Made by a program: the position numbers and the translations under genes. DNA of 64,000 nucleotides, taken from assembly GCA_010909165.1 (NCBI GenBank), contig VJWM01000235.1, positions 206,955-270,954 of the forward strand, given 5' to 3'. Source of the DNA: Anthoceros angustus (lineage: Eukaryota; Plantae; Anthocerotophyta). Within the stretch, counting starts at the first letter, position 1. Every line of letters begins with the position of its first letter. Under the pieces are notes generated by a model. It did not search any database. It was not told where the DNA came from and saw only the letters and a list, made by a program, of their open reading frames with translations. Shown piece after piece: positions 12,570 through 23,059 of the stretch.

Positions 12570-12975
12570 GAATTGCTACTCTTGGAGAGAGGCCTGAAGG
12601 CTGCGTAGCCTGTCCATAGAGAGTGTGGACAAAAGAGGCATGGCCGCCCTGGCCTCAGAGGATAAGAAATCCCTAGCCAACCTCAGGGAAACCAGCAAAG
12701 GGAAGGCCCCCCCCTTAACACCAGAGACGAAGGCCTCCAAGATGGGGGAATCCCGGATTACGAACCAAGAGGCCAAGACGAGGGTAGAGAGGGCCCAGTT
12801 CCCAAGGAAGGCCGCCGACGTCGAGGTCTTCATGGCCAGCAAAACCGTGCCCTCAAAGACAACAGGTAGGAACGCTTGCCGCCTCGCCAGACCCCCTTTG
12901 GCACACTCGAAGGTGCTTGGGCCATTGATGTCCCCAAGCGCCTGCATAACGTGTTTATCGAACTTCCTGAAGCTT
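12570..12975 (-). mobile_element. Post-RT fragment of a CRE-like non-LTR retrotransposon
   Basis: LARRQAFLPVVFEG...SAAFLGNWAL resembles the QA.LP...GG.G...AAF.GSW segment that follows the RT core in CRE-type elements (recognised by eye). Confidence 0.6.
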
Positions 12976-14640
12976 GATTAAAAAACTAGGGAGGGAATAA
13001 TTGTTCTTGTTTTCTTCCTAATTCGTACGTGAGCCAGGGTACCGGAAAACATCTCCGAAAAAAAGGGTGTCACCCACTAAAGTTCCTACTTTCCATCCAG
13101 CAATGTTTCTGTCGAATGGTGGTCGCAAACTCGAACCTATGGGATTAATGCAAAGTAGGAATGGTAAGGAAGGCCGTTCCTTCCGGGAAGGGACGACTGT
13201 AAATTCAGTTTTGGGAGGAAAATGTGGTTTGGTAAGGACACAACAAAAGCCACGGACAGGGTATTTCCAAAACACAGTAACATCTAGAAATAGACGTACA
13301 ACATTCACTCTGGGACCCCGGAACAAACCGTGATTTCAGTTTCACTCATCACCAGAGTTCAACCCTTCGTCATCACTTGGTCCACCTTCTCTAGCATTGT
13401 CATCACTATCTTCAGCGGCACTTTGACTTGCAGGCTGTATGAAGTCGCGCAACTCGCAGAGCTTATCCCTTATCGCTGTTTTGTCCACCGCATACATATG
13501 TTTCCATGCGTTCAACATAAACCCATAATACAAGATGGCTATTTCATTCACAAACACCTCCTGTATGTTTTTTGGGTAATGGACCTTATTCGTTTTTTTC
13601 CTCGGCATCAGACTAGATGGGTTAGCACTCTGACGGACTATGTATTCCTACACATATCTCCTTCAGACGATCCGTGCTCGGTCCGATACCGGATAAGAAA
13701 GTGAGGTCGTGGTGCATCTAGCTCACAATGACTCCCAATCCGTAATGGCATGTTATGCGTGTCCATAGTGCACGACGCTGTAAACATCCCTTCCGGATTT
13801 CCATTATATCTTCATTCATCCGCGCCATTATCTTTTCCGGCATTTTGATATGCCCCTGGCACATATCACGTGGAGGTCCTCAATAATGCCTCATCCAAAG
13901 CAAAGCTTCATCCGCACTTGAAGTGGTCAGTCAGATGATCCACTTCGCACGTGAAAACCACTTCCAAGGACGTAGCACTAGCCCAATGTTATTCTCCACA
14001 ATGATAGCAATCTCCTTCCCGTCCACCCAAAAGGCTTCCCACCACTTGTACTCTTCAATACCTATGGACGCAAAATCTTTTAACCCTTCTTGCAAATGGG
14101 CCACACCTTCCACGGTGATAGGATACCCCTGCTCCTTCTTGTCCCCCAGCTTCACCCGCAGATGCTATGGTGCAGGTGGCCGGCCGGCGCCCCTTAGCAC
14201 CACCCGTCGATGTGGTGGATCTAGGGGAGGCGCTGGTCGGCGCCTCCTGCACCACCGTCGGTGCATGCGTTGTTGATCTAGGGGAGGCGCCGACCGCCGG
14301 CGCCTCCTAGCATGCTCTTGCTCATGGGCACCGGCCGCCTCCCCAGCACTGCCCATGGGCGCCGGCCGGCCGGCGCCCTCTCATAGGCTTTCTTTAAGAA
14401 AATGAATATTTGGCAGTTCAAAAGCCTTGTTATTTGGAAATGTTGGTCAAGTGGTTGGGAGAAAGGCATAGTGATGAGGAGATTCTGAGTTCAAAACTTG
14501 CATCTTCTAAATAACTCAACTTTGTTGGTTTTAAGGATGGGCGCATAGGCAACCAACTTTGTTCATTTTAAGGAGACCTTACTGCATTGCCTAAAGCCTG
14601 TCGTGATGTTCTGTGATTTCGTGAGTCGCATGCATGTCAG

Positions 14641-14754
14641 TGAAGGTGCTCCGGTTCGATCTGACCTTCCCTTCCTTACCCGCACATTCGCTTGACTGCA
14701 AAAAAAACAGCAAGTATAAGGGCACACGGTATGTTAGATTATTGGCATCCATCT
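14641..14754. repeat. Terminal repeat block X, copy 1 (element 3' end)
   Basis: TGAAGGTGCTCC...ATTGGCATCCATCT, near-identical to 15331-15446. Confidence 0.9.
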
Positions 14755-14767
14755 TCAAACAAAGCAC

Positions 14768-15308
14768 GCACCTTCAATCGAGGGGAAGACTTGGGTCTCG
14801 CAACTGCGAGGCTTGGAGTTGAGAGTAGTCACGCCGTCAGTACCACATCGAGGCTCACATGTATGTATGAATACGCCAAGAAATCAGACAGACAAATGTA
14901 TATGTCCGCCAAACAAAGAGTGCATAGTGTCTTCGCATACGCGTAACTTCATCCATCGCTGCCTTCAGCGCCGCCTCCGCCTTTATCACCCGGCTTGTGC
15001 TTGGTTAGCCGCCACACCCTATGCTGGCCATCCGTCACCCTATGGCGCCGCCATCGCGCCATGATCGATCCGTTGGGCCACGCCGTGTGTGGGCACGGCC
15101 ACCACGCTTACTCCGCTGTTGACTATTAGGTTCTTACCTACTCGGGCCACCGCATAGTGGTTGGGTTTATCCTAATCGACTACCAAATATATATGTAGAC
15201 ACATGCATGGGTTTTGGGCGTGATTGTAACTCTCACTATCGCCTTCTAAAGTATTCGTGCTATCACCCATATCCGATCTTCCTACCCGAGCGTGCCGCCG
15301 TGATGTCA
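14768..15308. repeat. Terminal repeat block Y (LTR body), 3' copy
   Basis: Colinear with 22259-22785. On the minus strand both copies begin TGACAT. Confidence 0.9.
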
Positions 15309-15330
15309 CCCAGGATTTGAGAGCCGCATG

Positions 15331-15446
15331 TGAAGGTGCTCCAATTCGATCTGACCTTCCCTTCCTTACCTGGCACATTCAGTTGGACTGCAAAAAAAAC
15401 AGCAAGTATAAGGGCACACGGTATGTTAGATTATTGGCATCCATCT
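15331..15446. repeat. Terminal repeat block X, copy 2, directly after the PPT
   Basis: Near-identical to 14641-14754. Confidence 0.9.
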
Positions 15447-15456
15447 CCCCCCCCCC
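15445..15456 (-). other. Polypurine tract of the gypsy element
   Basis: Minus strand reads G10-AGA followed by TGGATG, immediately 3' of the integrase region. Confidence 0.75.
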
Positions 15457-15719
15457 AGTTTGGGCAGAGGTTGGCAAGCCCAAGCTGGTAGCAACGATGT
15501 AGCAGCTGTTGTTGTGGGTGGAGAACTGCGGTTAGCAACCGTACGCCTCTCGCAGGAATTACGGGCGAACGGGGCACCATAGTTGATCTGGCACTTCGGT
15601 GAGAGGTGGTGTGAGATGAACAAGTGATAACCCCTGCTGTAAACCGACAGAGCATGAGCATGCGTCCACCCTCCCCGCAGATTTGAGTAGTCCGTGGGAT
15701 CCAATCTCACGATGATGTT

Positions 15720-16620
15720 AGATCCAAGTTGGGCAATTCTTCATGTGATCGGTCATGGTCCTCCCATCTCGACCTGCACAAGAAAACGCCATTCCCCGCA
15801 TCTCCTTCACCCGGAGCACATGTCCGGCGGTGCTAGTATCCAAGGTATCATCAAGATATACAAAAATCCCGGAGAACTTCTTGAGCCGAAGCTTCCTCGT
15901 GGGCATCGTAAGGTATCTTTGGTCCGGGCGATGGCAGACGCATATGGCCATGGCCATCGCTTTTTGAAGAGGGCTGCCTTTCGCCTACACGCCCATGTGG
16001 CTGGACCGCCCAAGTCCACAACACGGTGCATTTGTCGGGCAATGGCAGATGGGTTCTCTTCAAACAACAGGAAATATGGCGAGAAATGGGCCGCATGCTT
16101 GCTCGCGATATAGCCCATAGCAATATAAGGGAGGCCAAGTCCCAATCCGCCTTTGGGCATTTGGAGGCATAGCATGGAGCCCTTTCTTAATTGTTTGCAC
16201 CATCCGCCGCCATACCGCCCGAGGATGGTCCGGTTCGGCGTGATCTATCGGCGCATCCAGAGATCTTGGAATTCCCAGCGGAACTCACCTTGACCTGCTG
16301 GGCACTCAAGCACCGCCAAATCTCCCAACACATTATGCAAGAATGCTTGTGCTACGGAACTCTTATCGGGAGAGCCACTACCTCCACCCACTTGGAGAAG
16401 TGTTCCATCATCACCATCACATACACGCTTGGCCTCGGCGTCCCTTCCCAATCAGTCACATGACCACCGAAAAATAGGCCCATAATGGGCAACGGTGCAA
16501 ACCGGGATGCTTTGAATGGTGAATGATGTCTTACCCGATCGCATTGTTCATGCCACTTTGCTTCACTTGGGTACATCCGTGCGAGAAGTGGAGTGAGCAA
16601 ACCGAAGTTCGCTTAACACC
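15720..16620 (-). pseudogene. Gypsy integrase (frameshifted)
   Basis: CDRV zinc-finger half, PLPIMGLF, YVMVMMEHFSKWVEVVALP, VAQAFL..VL and GEFRWEFQDL. Confidence 0.85.
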
Positions 16621-16879
16621 AAAATGGCCCAAGTACACAGATAAGGCGCCTGCGTGGTGGAGGCACAAGCCGGCCCACGCCATTGCCCAACCTCCGACAA
16701 GGTAGCCATCATGCCGGGCGGCGTCGGTTCATCTGCGATCCGCACATCAAGATCAACCTCGCTCGTTTGCACATACCGAGGGTAAGGCCGGTCTTCCATG
16801 TCCTTGACGAGTTTGCCGCATCCACTGCAACCCGCCCTAGCATGTCATGCGGGCCACCGGCAACTGTGAAAGCCTCATA

Positions 16880-17340
16880 GCTCCCGCTTTGCCTCCGTGC
16901 TATCCTCGTAGAGCTCTCATCCGGGTTCCCGGATAGGGTATCTGCGTTCTGATGCCTGACTCCGGGCCGATGCACCACCACGAACTCGTAGTCTTGCAAA
17001 ATCGCCACGGCGGTTTCCCACTTAGCTTTGAGTTGGCCATTAACCACTTCAAAGGCTGGTGATCCGTGACTAGGGTGACTGGTGAAAGGTGGTCAAAATG
17101 GCAAAATGGCAACCGCTCATACCGGGCTGCACACTCGCCTTCAGCCTGCTTGTTGCTTGTTGAAGCATAGCTATGACTCTCTCATGCCCATGCTCATCCA
17201 ATTGGCCAAAGCTCCCAAGCACTCCAAATGGTATGGACAACAAAGGGTTTCCCAAAGTCCGGTCCGCCATGATCGTGCCTGCGGTGATGTGACTCATCAC
17301 CGCTGAGCGACTTGTCCATGCCCATGTAGTGTCCTTATCA
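16880..17340 (-). pseudogene. Gypsy RNase H (frameshifted)
   Basis: GQLDEHGHERVIA, LVTDHQPLKWLM and ILQDYEFVVVHRPGVRHQNADTLS. Confidence 0.85.
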
Positions 17341-17349
17341 TGTCATTGA

Positions 17350-18150
17350 GTGGCTTGGCAGCTGAAGTTCGGATATACACCGATAATAGTTGCACAAGGG
17401 AACGCCTCACACCGAGACATTGGTGGGTTCCTTGACCCGCAAGATGGCTTGAATCTTGGCTGCATGTGGCATCATGCCATTCGGGACAATCCTATGACCC
17501 AAATATGCCACAGTGTTCATCCCAAATTCGCACTTTGCTGGGTGACAAGTCAATTGGGCCTTGCGTAGGCGTTGGAACAGGTCCTCAAGGTGGACCAAGT
17601 GTGATTCGAAGTCTGCACTGTGCACAAGCACATCGTCTATGTAACAAAGTAGATTAGCAGACCCGGTCAACAATAGGTCCATCACCTGAATGCGTTCCTG
17701 AACCCAAAAGGCATCACTAGCCATTCCACCGTGAGAACCGTGGAATCTTTTGATGTCCTCCTCTGCTACTGCACGTTGAAACCTTGTCTCAAGTCCAACG
17801 TAGAAAAGTAACGGGACTGCCCAATGCTGACAAAAATCTCCTCTGGAGTTGGCATGGGGTAACGGTCTTGAGCGGTGACGGCATTGATGGGGCGATAATC
17901 CCCGCACATCCTCTTCTCAGTCCACAGCCCCTGGTTGTCTTTCTTTGGTGGCATGATCGTGGCAGCGGCGAAATCCGAACTTGACGGTCGGATGAGTCCA
18001 GCATCCAAGAGCTCCTTGCACGCGTCGACCATTTCCCATTCCGATTTTTCGAGCGGTACTGCTTTGGTAGATGGGCTCCTCCTGGTCGCTTGATACGAAA
18101 TGTGGTCACGCACCGCTTGAGCTCCTTCATTGAAAATGCAAAACAATCCT
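17350..18150 (-). pseudogene. Gypsy reverse transcriptase (frameshifted)
   Basis: LIRPSSSDFAAATIMPPKKD, RMCGDYRPIN, DRYPMPTPEEIF, FSTLDLRQGF, YIDD (~17631-17643) and KCEFG..VAYLGH. Confidence 0.93.
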
Positions 18151-18439
18151 TGTACCTAAGCAATAATGTCCGATCCGCCACGCTGGTCATCAAGGCTCAG
18201 TCCCATGGTCCAAAGGAACGTGTCCGCCAAAGGTGGCCGGTGCCCTCCATCCGTCCCGGCATCCTCAAGGGTTGATGTAAAGAAAAGTAGACCTCGACCG
18301 CCTGCCACCATACGGCTCGCCTCCTCCCTGGATCGAGCCGGAAGGATGAGGTGGTAAATCCGGGAAAGGGAAAGTGTACCGCATCACAAGGCATGTGCCG
18401 TGAGCGAATCTTTGCTTGGACTGCTAAGATCTGGAATGC

Positions 18440-19280
18440 CAAACACAAGCTAACCAACCATGTGACGTTGAGGTCCATGGCTCGCCAAGTGCCGCATATT
18501 AGAAGCGGCCATGTGGAGTGAGTTTGGAAACCCATTAGCCTTTTTTCTTCCACGCAGGCTCCTCCCATTGTTGTGTGGTTGTATTTAGGAGCAATCCAAA
18601 GACCTTGTCCCCTGTAAGCATGTGAAGCGGGAAAAGTGACCATGTTGGGAGAGTGCTTCGGTGCCCAGGAATGTTGGGGTACCAGGCCTTCGGCAGCCCG
18701 GCTTGGTGGTGAGGTTCCACTGCAAGGCCAACGCCGGGGTGTTGCTAAGCACTATCTCCAGACCGCCTTGCACCCAATTTGTCCAATAGTTGCTGCAGCG
18801 GTGAGCGCCCACAGGCCGCATCCATGAGGAAGGGGGTCCTGTGATGTTGCACGAGCATCATGTCTTGTTTCACCCGGGCCCGTGAGTCAAATCGAGGTGT
18901 GTTTTCCACAGGTATGCACAATGAGGGCTATTGCTGCGCCACACCAAGATTCGTAAGTCTCGAAAAGCCCCGTGGTCTTGCAGCGTGCCCGGCCTGAGAA
19001 AACCTTGCACTCCCATCCAGAATGACCAAGTCAATGGGAGCCAATGCATGGATGTGACGCCTGGATGTATGTAGACATCCTGTGGCATGCGAAGGTACTT
19101 GCCATCAGAAATGGGCAAATGACTAGGAAAGCAGTAGCCCTTGGATGCGAAAAGCAGCCAATGTTTGGGAGATCTCACAGTTGTCACAGTAAATGTACCG
19201 GTGGATAGTGAGCCCGGCCTTGAGAATCGCTTCTAGGCCTGTGCATAACCCACCAAAGAGTTCAACCACCGTCATTCCTG
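18440..19280 (-). CDS. Cytosine-C5 DNA methyltransferase domain within gypsy pol (frameshifted)
   Basis: Motif I VVELFGGLCTGLEA; motif II YIYCD; motif IV reconstructed as IDLVI(A)GWEC(Q)GFSQAG (~18990-19040); motif VI VENT (~18900-18912); motif VIII GAHRCSNYWTN (~18781-18810); motif IX VEEKRLMGF (~18525-18553); motif X AMDLN (~18465-18480). All are in canonical order. Confidence 0.88.
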
Positions 19281-19641
19281 CTACAGGCAGTGTCCACCTG
19301 ATGGGTTGATGATCAACAGTGCCTGGGTGAGCAGGGTCGGTGTAGGTGCTGTCCAGCAGAGTCAGAGCACGGGCCACTTGATCCTTGACCCCTTTCAACA
19401 TGATAGTTGCATCTTTTCCCGCCGAAACAACCTGCACGGCATCTGTGATACATGCTATTGCCGCCCATGCTTCATTAGGCTCATCCTCGAGCTCGGTTGA
19501 CAACCATCTGTCCACGTGAGTGGTGTCCCTTGCCATCGCCGGTGTCGCAGCAGCTTTGTTGTCGGATGTGGCGATAGCCAATTTCGCTCCTCATCATTCC
19601 TTCCATGGGGAAAAGTGGGCCACCTCTCGCCCTCCACGCTG

Positions 19642-20007
19642 CTAACTGGCGGTAGGCCTGCTGGCCCAATTGTCGACATCGACCGGGCGGAAGAGAAATT
19701 CTTGCCCCAACAGAACATCATAATTGGTAGCAGTGGTCACTAAACAATGGACAGCTAATGTCATGGCCGCGGGCGTCCCTGGTTTCAATGTGATGCGCAC
19801 CGGTTTGACAGTTTCCCCACATACTGGCTCTATGGCCCCTGATGCAGTCCGGATGTTCCATGGGGAGCTCTTAAGAGCATCTCCCGCCAGACGAAGCCGT
19901 GCGGCCAGCACCTTGCCGATGATGACGGGCTGGGCCCCAGTGTCAAGGAGTACCATTTTGGGGGCATACCCGTTGACGGTGACGTGCCCTGCAGTATTGT
20001 CAACCAT
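19642..20007 (-). CDS. Retroviral-type aspartic protease
   Basis: VLLDTGAQPVII catalytic motif and YDVLLGQEFL C-terminal motif. Confidence 0.9.
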   Translation of the reverse strand: MVDNTAGHVTVNGYAPKMVLLDTGAQPVIIGKVLAARLRLAGDALKSSPWNIRTASGAIEPVCGETVKPVRITLKPGTPAAMTLAVHCLVTTATNYDVLLGQEFLFRPVDVDNWASRPTAS

Positions 20008-20849
20008 GGCATTGCTAACCCGAACTGTCGCCCGGTTTGCCAGGGTGCTATCCGGGCTGCTCTCGTGATCCGGCTCGTTGAGTGGCAGCCTTGCCGAGCC
20101 CCCAGCAGAACCTCATGAGGTACTTGGTGGGTAACACCGCATGGGTGGGTAAAGGTTGGTCACCCCAATCACGCCATTGCGCCCGACCGCGCTCCAGATT
20201 CGATGCAAACGCCCAGCCCCTATGCATCGAGGGAAAGCGTGGCATGTCTACCCTTGGCTCGGGTGACGGTGCGGTAGCAAATATATCGCCGAATCCCTCC
20301 GCTTTGCGTCATGGCGCACGCATTCGTGTCCGGGTCACCTAGATGATCTTGTCTCTTGTGCACCCAGTGGCAATGTGGCAAAAGACTGGGAATGGCCGCC
20401 CCTCGTCTTATGGACCGATTAGCCATCACCACCCTCCAACCGCCTTTTTCAGCTCATGCCCCAACCACGGCGGTAGTCCGAGTCTCACTTGTCAACAACT
20501 TGTGTCTGCAAGCTTGGTGTGTGGCAATCCATAATCTTCCTCCCCAGACACGAACATAGACTGGTGCCACCGGCTCGTTGGATAATCGGAGCGTAGGTAG
20601 GCATACCATTGCCCATGTTGGCCACCAATGCCCCTACTGGTGGTGAGGGCAAGCGGCTTCTAAGGAGACCTTGTCAAGATACCGCGCCTTTGCCTTGGCT
20701 TTATCCTGCACTGCCTCGGAAGTGCCACAGGCTTGTGGTGCCGGTCATACTCCCAAAGATCAGTGGTTCGCCCGTGGCTCCCTGGTATCTCGGGTGCCGA
20801 AGCACCGTAACATGCCCCGACTGGCGGCGTGCAGAGCCCCTCGTGTGGG

Positions 20850-22010
20850 CACTTACATGGTGAGGTGCTCCGCCACAATGATTGCACAGTGGGGCCACCG
20901 TGGCTGATTGCTGGCCGAGCCGGTTTGGCTGCGACTCTTGGGGCTACTCACTCGATGTTCCCTTACTTGAGAACATGCTCGATAGTGTGAAGGCCGAGTG
21001 CTGGATGCATAATCGAGAATGCTATCTCCTTCCGCCTCGCCTCCTCGTGAACTGCTCCGGTACGAGTCCCCATACTTATCCACCAATGAGGTGATGAGTT
21101 GAAAATGGAACAAAGGGTCACCCTCTAAAGTGAGAAACTTCTCACCGCCTCTTGATCCGTTAGCATCCTCGCTCCCTCCCCGCATCGCAATGCGGAAAGT
21201 CATTTGCACCGCTTTCCCTTCTGCGCAAAGGCTGCCACCCCGCAATCTTCTCCGCTTTTGAGAGGAAGGCCTCCAATATCCCCATGAATGCCTCCACTGG
21301 GTTGGCGTGATTTGGGGTATAGATGAACTCACTCACACTGGTGGTCGCCACCCGCCCACCGCTGCTCACAACCGTCTGCACGGTGGAAGCAATTGTCCCA
21401 GCTGCTATTCCAGCTTGATGCGTGTTGATCGCAGTCGCCAACTTGGCGTTAGGCCTGCGGGCACTCGGAAAAGTGGGTTTTGGAGTCCGGATCGCTGGTG
21501 AGGTCGCAAAGTGAGCCTCATACAAGTCGAGCTTCATCCGCCATGGAACCGCCAACCGCTCAAACATATATAGGAGGTATAAGATGATCCGTGTTTGAAT
21601 TTCACACGATCATCATGCCATTCACGAACAACCTAAAGTCCCTCAATGTCGAGTTCCGTGTCGCCCAGAACTTCTCCCGCCAGGGTGGCCCTCCCTCCAT
21701 GATATCGACTCTCGACGGCCGATCTGTGTCTCGACCTAATTGCAAGCTCCTAGGTCCATGCACCCATGCGATTGTATGAACCGCCACTTGTTGGGTCACG
21801 GGTCTTGATTAGACCAGGCGGTTGTGAGGTGACCAACTATCCTCACCGTAGGTGTGTCACGCAAACCCTCCTGCTCCTCCTCGCCACTTCCTCACTCAGA
21901 AACCGCCGTCACCGCCCACCTCCTCCGTGAGCACGCTCGACGAGCCCTAACGGGGATGTCTCTTGTCCTCAGCCGGTATCGAAGCTCCGGCTCATCAGAT
22001 TGCATCACCC
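20850..22010 (-). pseudogene. Gypsy gag with zinc knuckle (frameshifted)
   Basis: CNHCGGAPHHVSA knuckle-like motif (~20860-20890) upstream of the protease. Broken ORFs continue to an ATG near 22010. Confidence 0.65.
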
Positions 22011-22258
22011 ATGGAATCAAGCGTGGAAAGAGGTCAGTTTCTCAAATAGCGCTGTGAGTAAAACAACTAGCAAGTACCCGCTTGCAACCACCCGAGCTGG
22101 CGAGGCTATGTATGCCTCCAAATGCCGAACTTGATGCAACACTGATCACTTCAATCGTGATGATACGGCTAGCTGCAGCTGAGAAGCCCTTCCGGCCGCC
22201 ACCACCTCCACTCACATGTGGAGAAGATCAAGACAGCTTGATGAAGTAACAAATTCGC

Positions 22259-22785
22259 CGCACCCTTCAATCGAGGGGAAGCACTTGGGTCTCGAACTTG
22301 CGAGGCTTGGAGTTGAGAGTAGTCACGCCCGCCCCGCAGTACCACATCGAGGCTCACACATGTATGTATGAATACGCAAGAAATCGACACGTATATGCAC
22401 AAACAAAGAGTGCATAGTGTCTTCCGTGCATACGCGTAACTCAATCAACGTCTTCAGCGCCGCCCGCCTTATCACCGGGTTTGTGCGCTTGGTTAGTCCC
22501 CTGCCGGCCATCCGTCACCCTATGGCCGCCATCGCGCCATGATCGATCCGGGCCACGCGCCGTGTGGCACGGCCCGCCACCACGTTCGTTACTGGGCCGT
22601 TGACTATTAGGGTTCTTACGCATCATAGGGCCAGGCATAGTGGTTGGGTTTATCCTAATCCACCGCTAAATATATATATGTAGACACATGCATGGGTTTT
22701 GGGCGTGATTGTAACTCTCACTATCGCCTTCTAAAGTATTCATGCTATCACCCATATCCGATCTTCCTACCCGAGCCGCATGTCA
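22259..22785. repeat. Terminal repeat block Y, 5' copy (no block X attached)
   Basis: Colinear with 14768-15308; the minus strand begins TGACATGCGGCTC. Confidence 0.9.
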
Positions 22786-23059
22786 AGTGGTTGCATTGAG
22801 TTCCACAAGGTTGAAGACCACGATTGGCGAGCTTTTAGATGAGGGTCAGCAAACCCTAAATGTTGTGTGGCAGTCGACACCGTCCGAAGCTCAGCTTAAG
22901 AATTATACTTATGAATACGAGCAAGCATTGGAGGAGAATGACAGCTTTGACGTAGAGAGTATGGACCGCCTTCGGAATTTGGTGGTGGTCCTTGACTCGA
23001 TCGGCAAGAAGGCATAGGCAAAGTCGCTCCGCACTCTTGAATGACTATTGTCGATGCTG

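Larger units (their letters stand above)
14641..22785 (-). mobile_element. Ty3/gypsy LTR retrotransposon carrying a cytosine-C5 DNA methyltransferase (gag-PR-MTase-RT-RH-INT)
   Basis: Ordered minus-strand domains (listed separately), a polypurine tract at 15445-15456, and terminal repeat blocks at 14641-15446 and 22259-22785. Confidence 0.92.

Noticed and set aside
18440-19280. Bacterial restriction-modification methyltransferase or contamination
   Set aside because: The domain is embedded in order between retroviral protease and RT on the same strand, with no bacterial gene context.
14641-22785. DIRS/Ngaro (tyrosine recombinase) identity suggested by the split repeats and a methyltransferase
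   Set aside because: No recombinase motifs were seen. A protease, a DDE-type integrase and a PPT are present, and the MTase is C5-type and upstream of RT.
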